DNA from: a virus
Length of the DNA: 64,000 nt
Virus record (IMG/VR): IMGVR_UViG_3300030110_004856
Location: 17,585 to 81,584 of that record
Direction: 5' to 3' (one strand)
Position 1 is the stretch's first letter. Each line of letters begins with the position of its first letter. A model generated the notes under the pieces. That model did not search any database, had not been told where the DNA came from, and was given only the letters and a program-made list of their open reading frames with translations. The translations under genes were made by a program, and so were the position numbers. Below, one piece after another: positions 63,867 through 64,000 of this stretch.

Positions 63867-64000
63867 ATGGACATTTCTCAACTCACAAAACAACTCAAAG
63901 AAATTTCATATACTTTAGAGAGTATTGATGCTTCTTTGCAAAGTATCTCTCAGACTGACAAACAGGAAACCACAGCGTTTGTTAGTAAACGAACTATCTG
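63867..64000 (+). CDS. Hypothetical protein (truncated by the window end)
   Basis: MDISQLTKQLKEISYTLESIDASLQS..., open to the window edge. Confidence 0.5.
   Translation, partial: MDISQLTKQLKEISYTLESIDASLQSISQTDKQETTAFVSKRTI

Noticed and set aside
1-64000. Alternative genetic code, tRNA genes, integrase or photosynthesis genes (psbA, hli)
   Set aside because: Long genes are intact in the standard code, and none of these features was recognisable by eye in this window.

Overview
This window is 64 kb of a tailed dsDNA phage (Caudoviricetes), most likely a marine or freshwater cyanophage. The host is inferred from gene content and the style of the fibre and lysin proteins; no database search was possible. 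There are four strand blocks. (1) 1-17385, mostly minus: probable portal (truncated at the window edge), terminase large subunit and probable ejection/internal proteins, interleaved with four glycosyltransferase-like genes, a propeller-fold glycosidase-like gene and two SAM methyltransferases. (2) After a ~1.2 kb non-coding divergence region, 18590-42529, mostly plus: small early genes, DUF2786 and gp88-like proteins, dCTP deaminase, a RavA/ViaA-like AAA+VWA module, family A DNA polymerase, SSB, PD-(D/E)XK exonuclease and a primase-SF3 helicase. (3) 42530-62058, mostly minus: thyX, a lysozyme-C39 peptidase fusion, small basic proteins and a large fibre/decoration cluster with three paralogous 7-repeat propeller proteins. 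(4) 62363-64000, plus: HNH-like and wHTH genes. I recognised no tRNA, rRNA, CRISPR array, integrase, reverse transcriptase or major capsid gene. The main observations are a candidate virion-glycosylation system with Ser-Gly-rich acceptor proteins, a dispersed ~60-150 bp non-coding element in three copies, a ~600 nt hairpin-rich ORF-poor leader, a circularly permuted M23 peptidase, a catalytically degenerate methyltransferase homologue, a split DUF5872-like gene and propeller insertions inside a capsid-cement-like domain.
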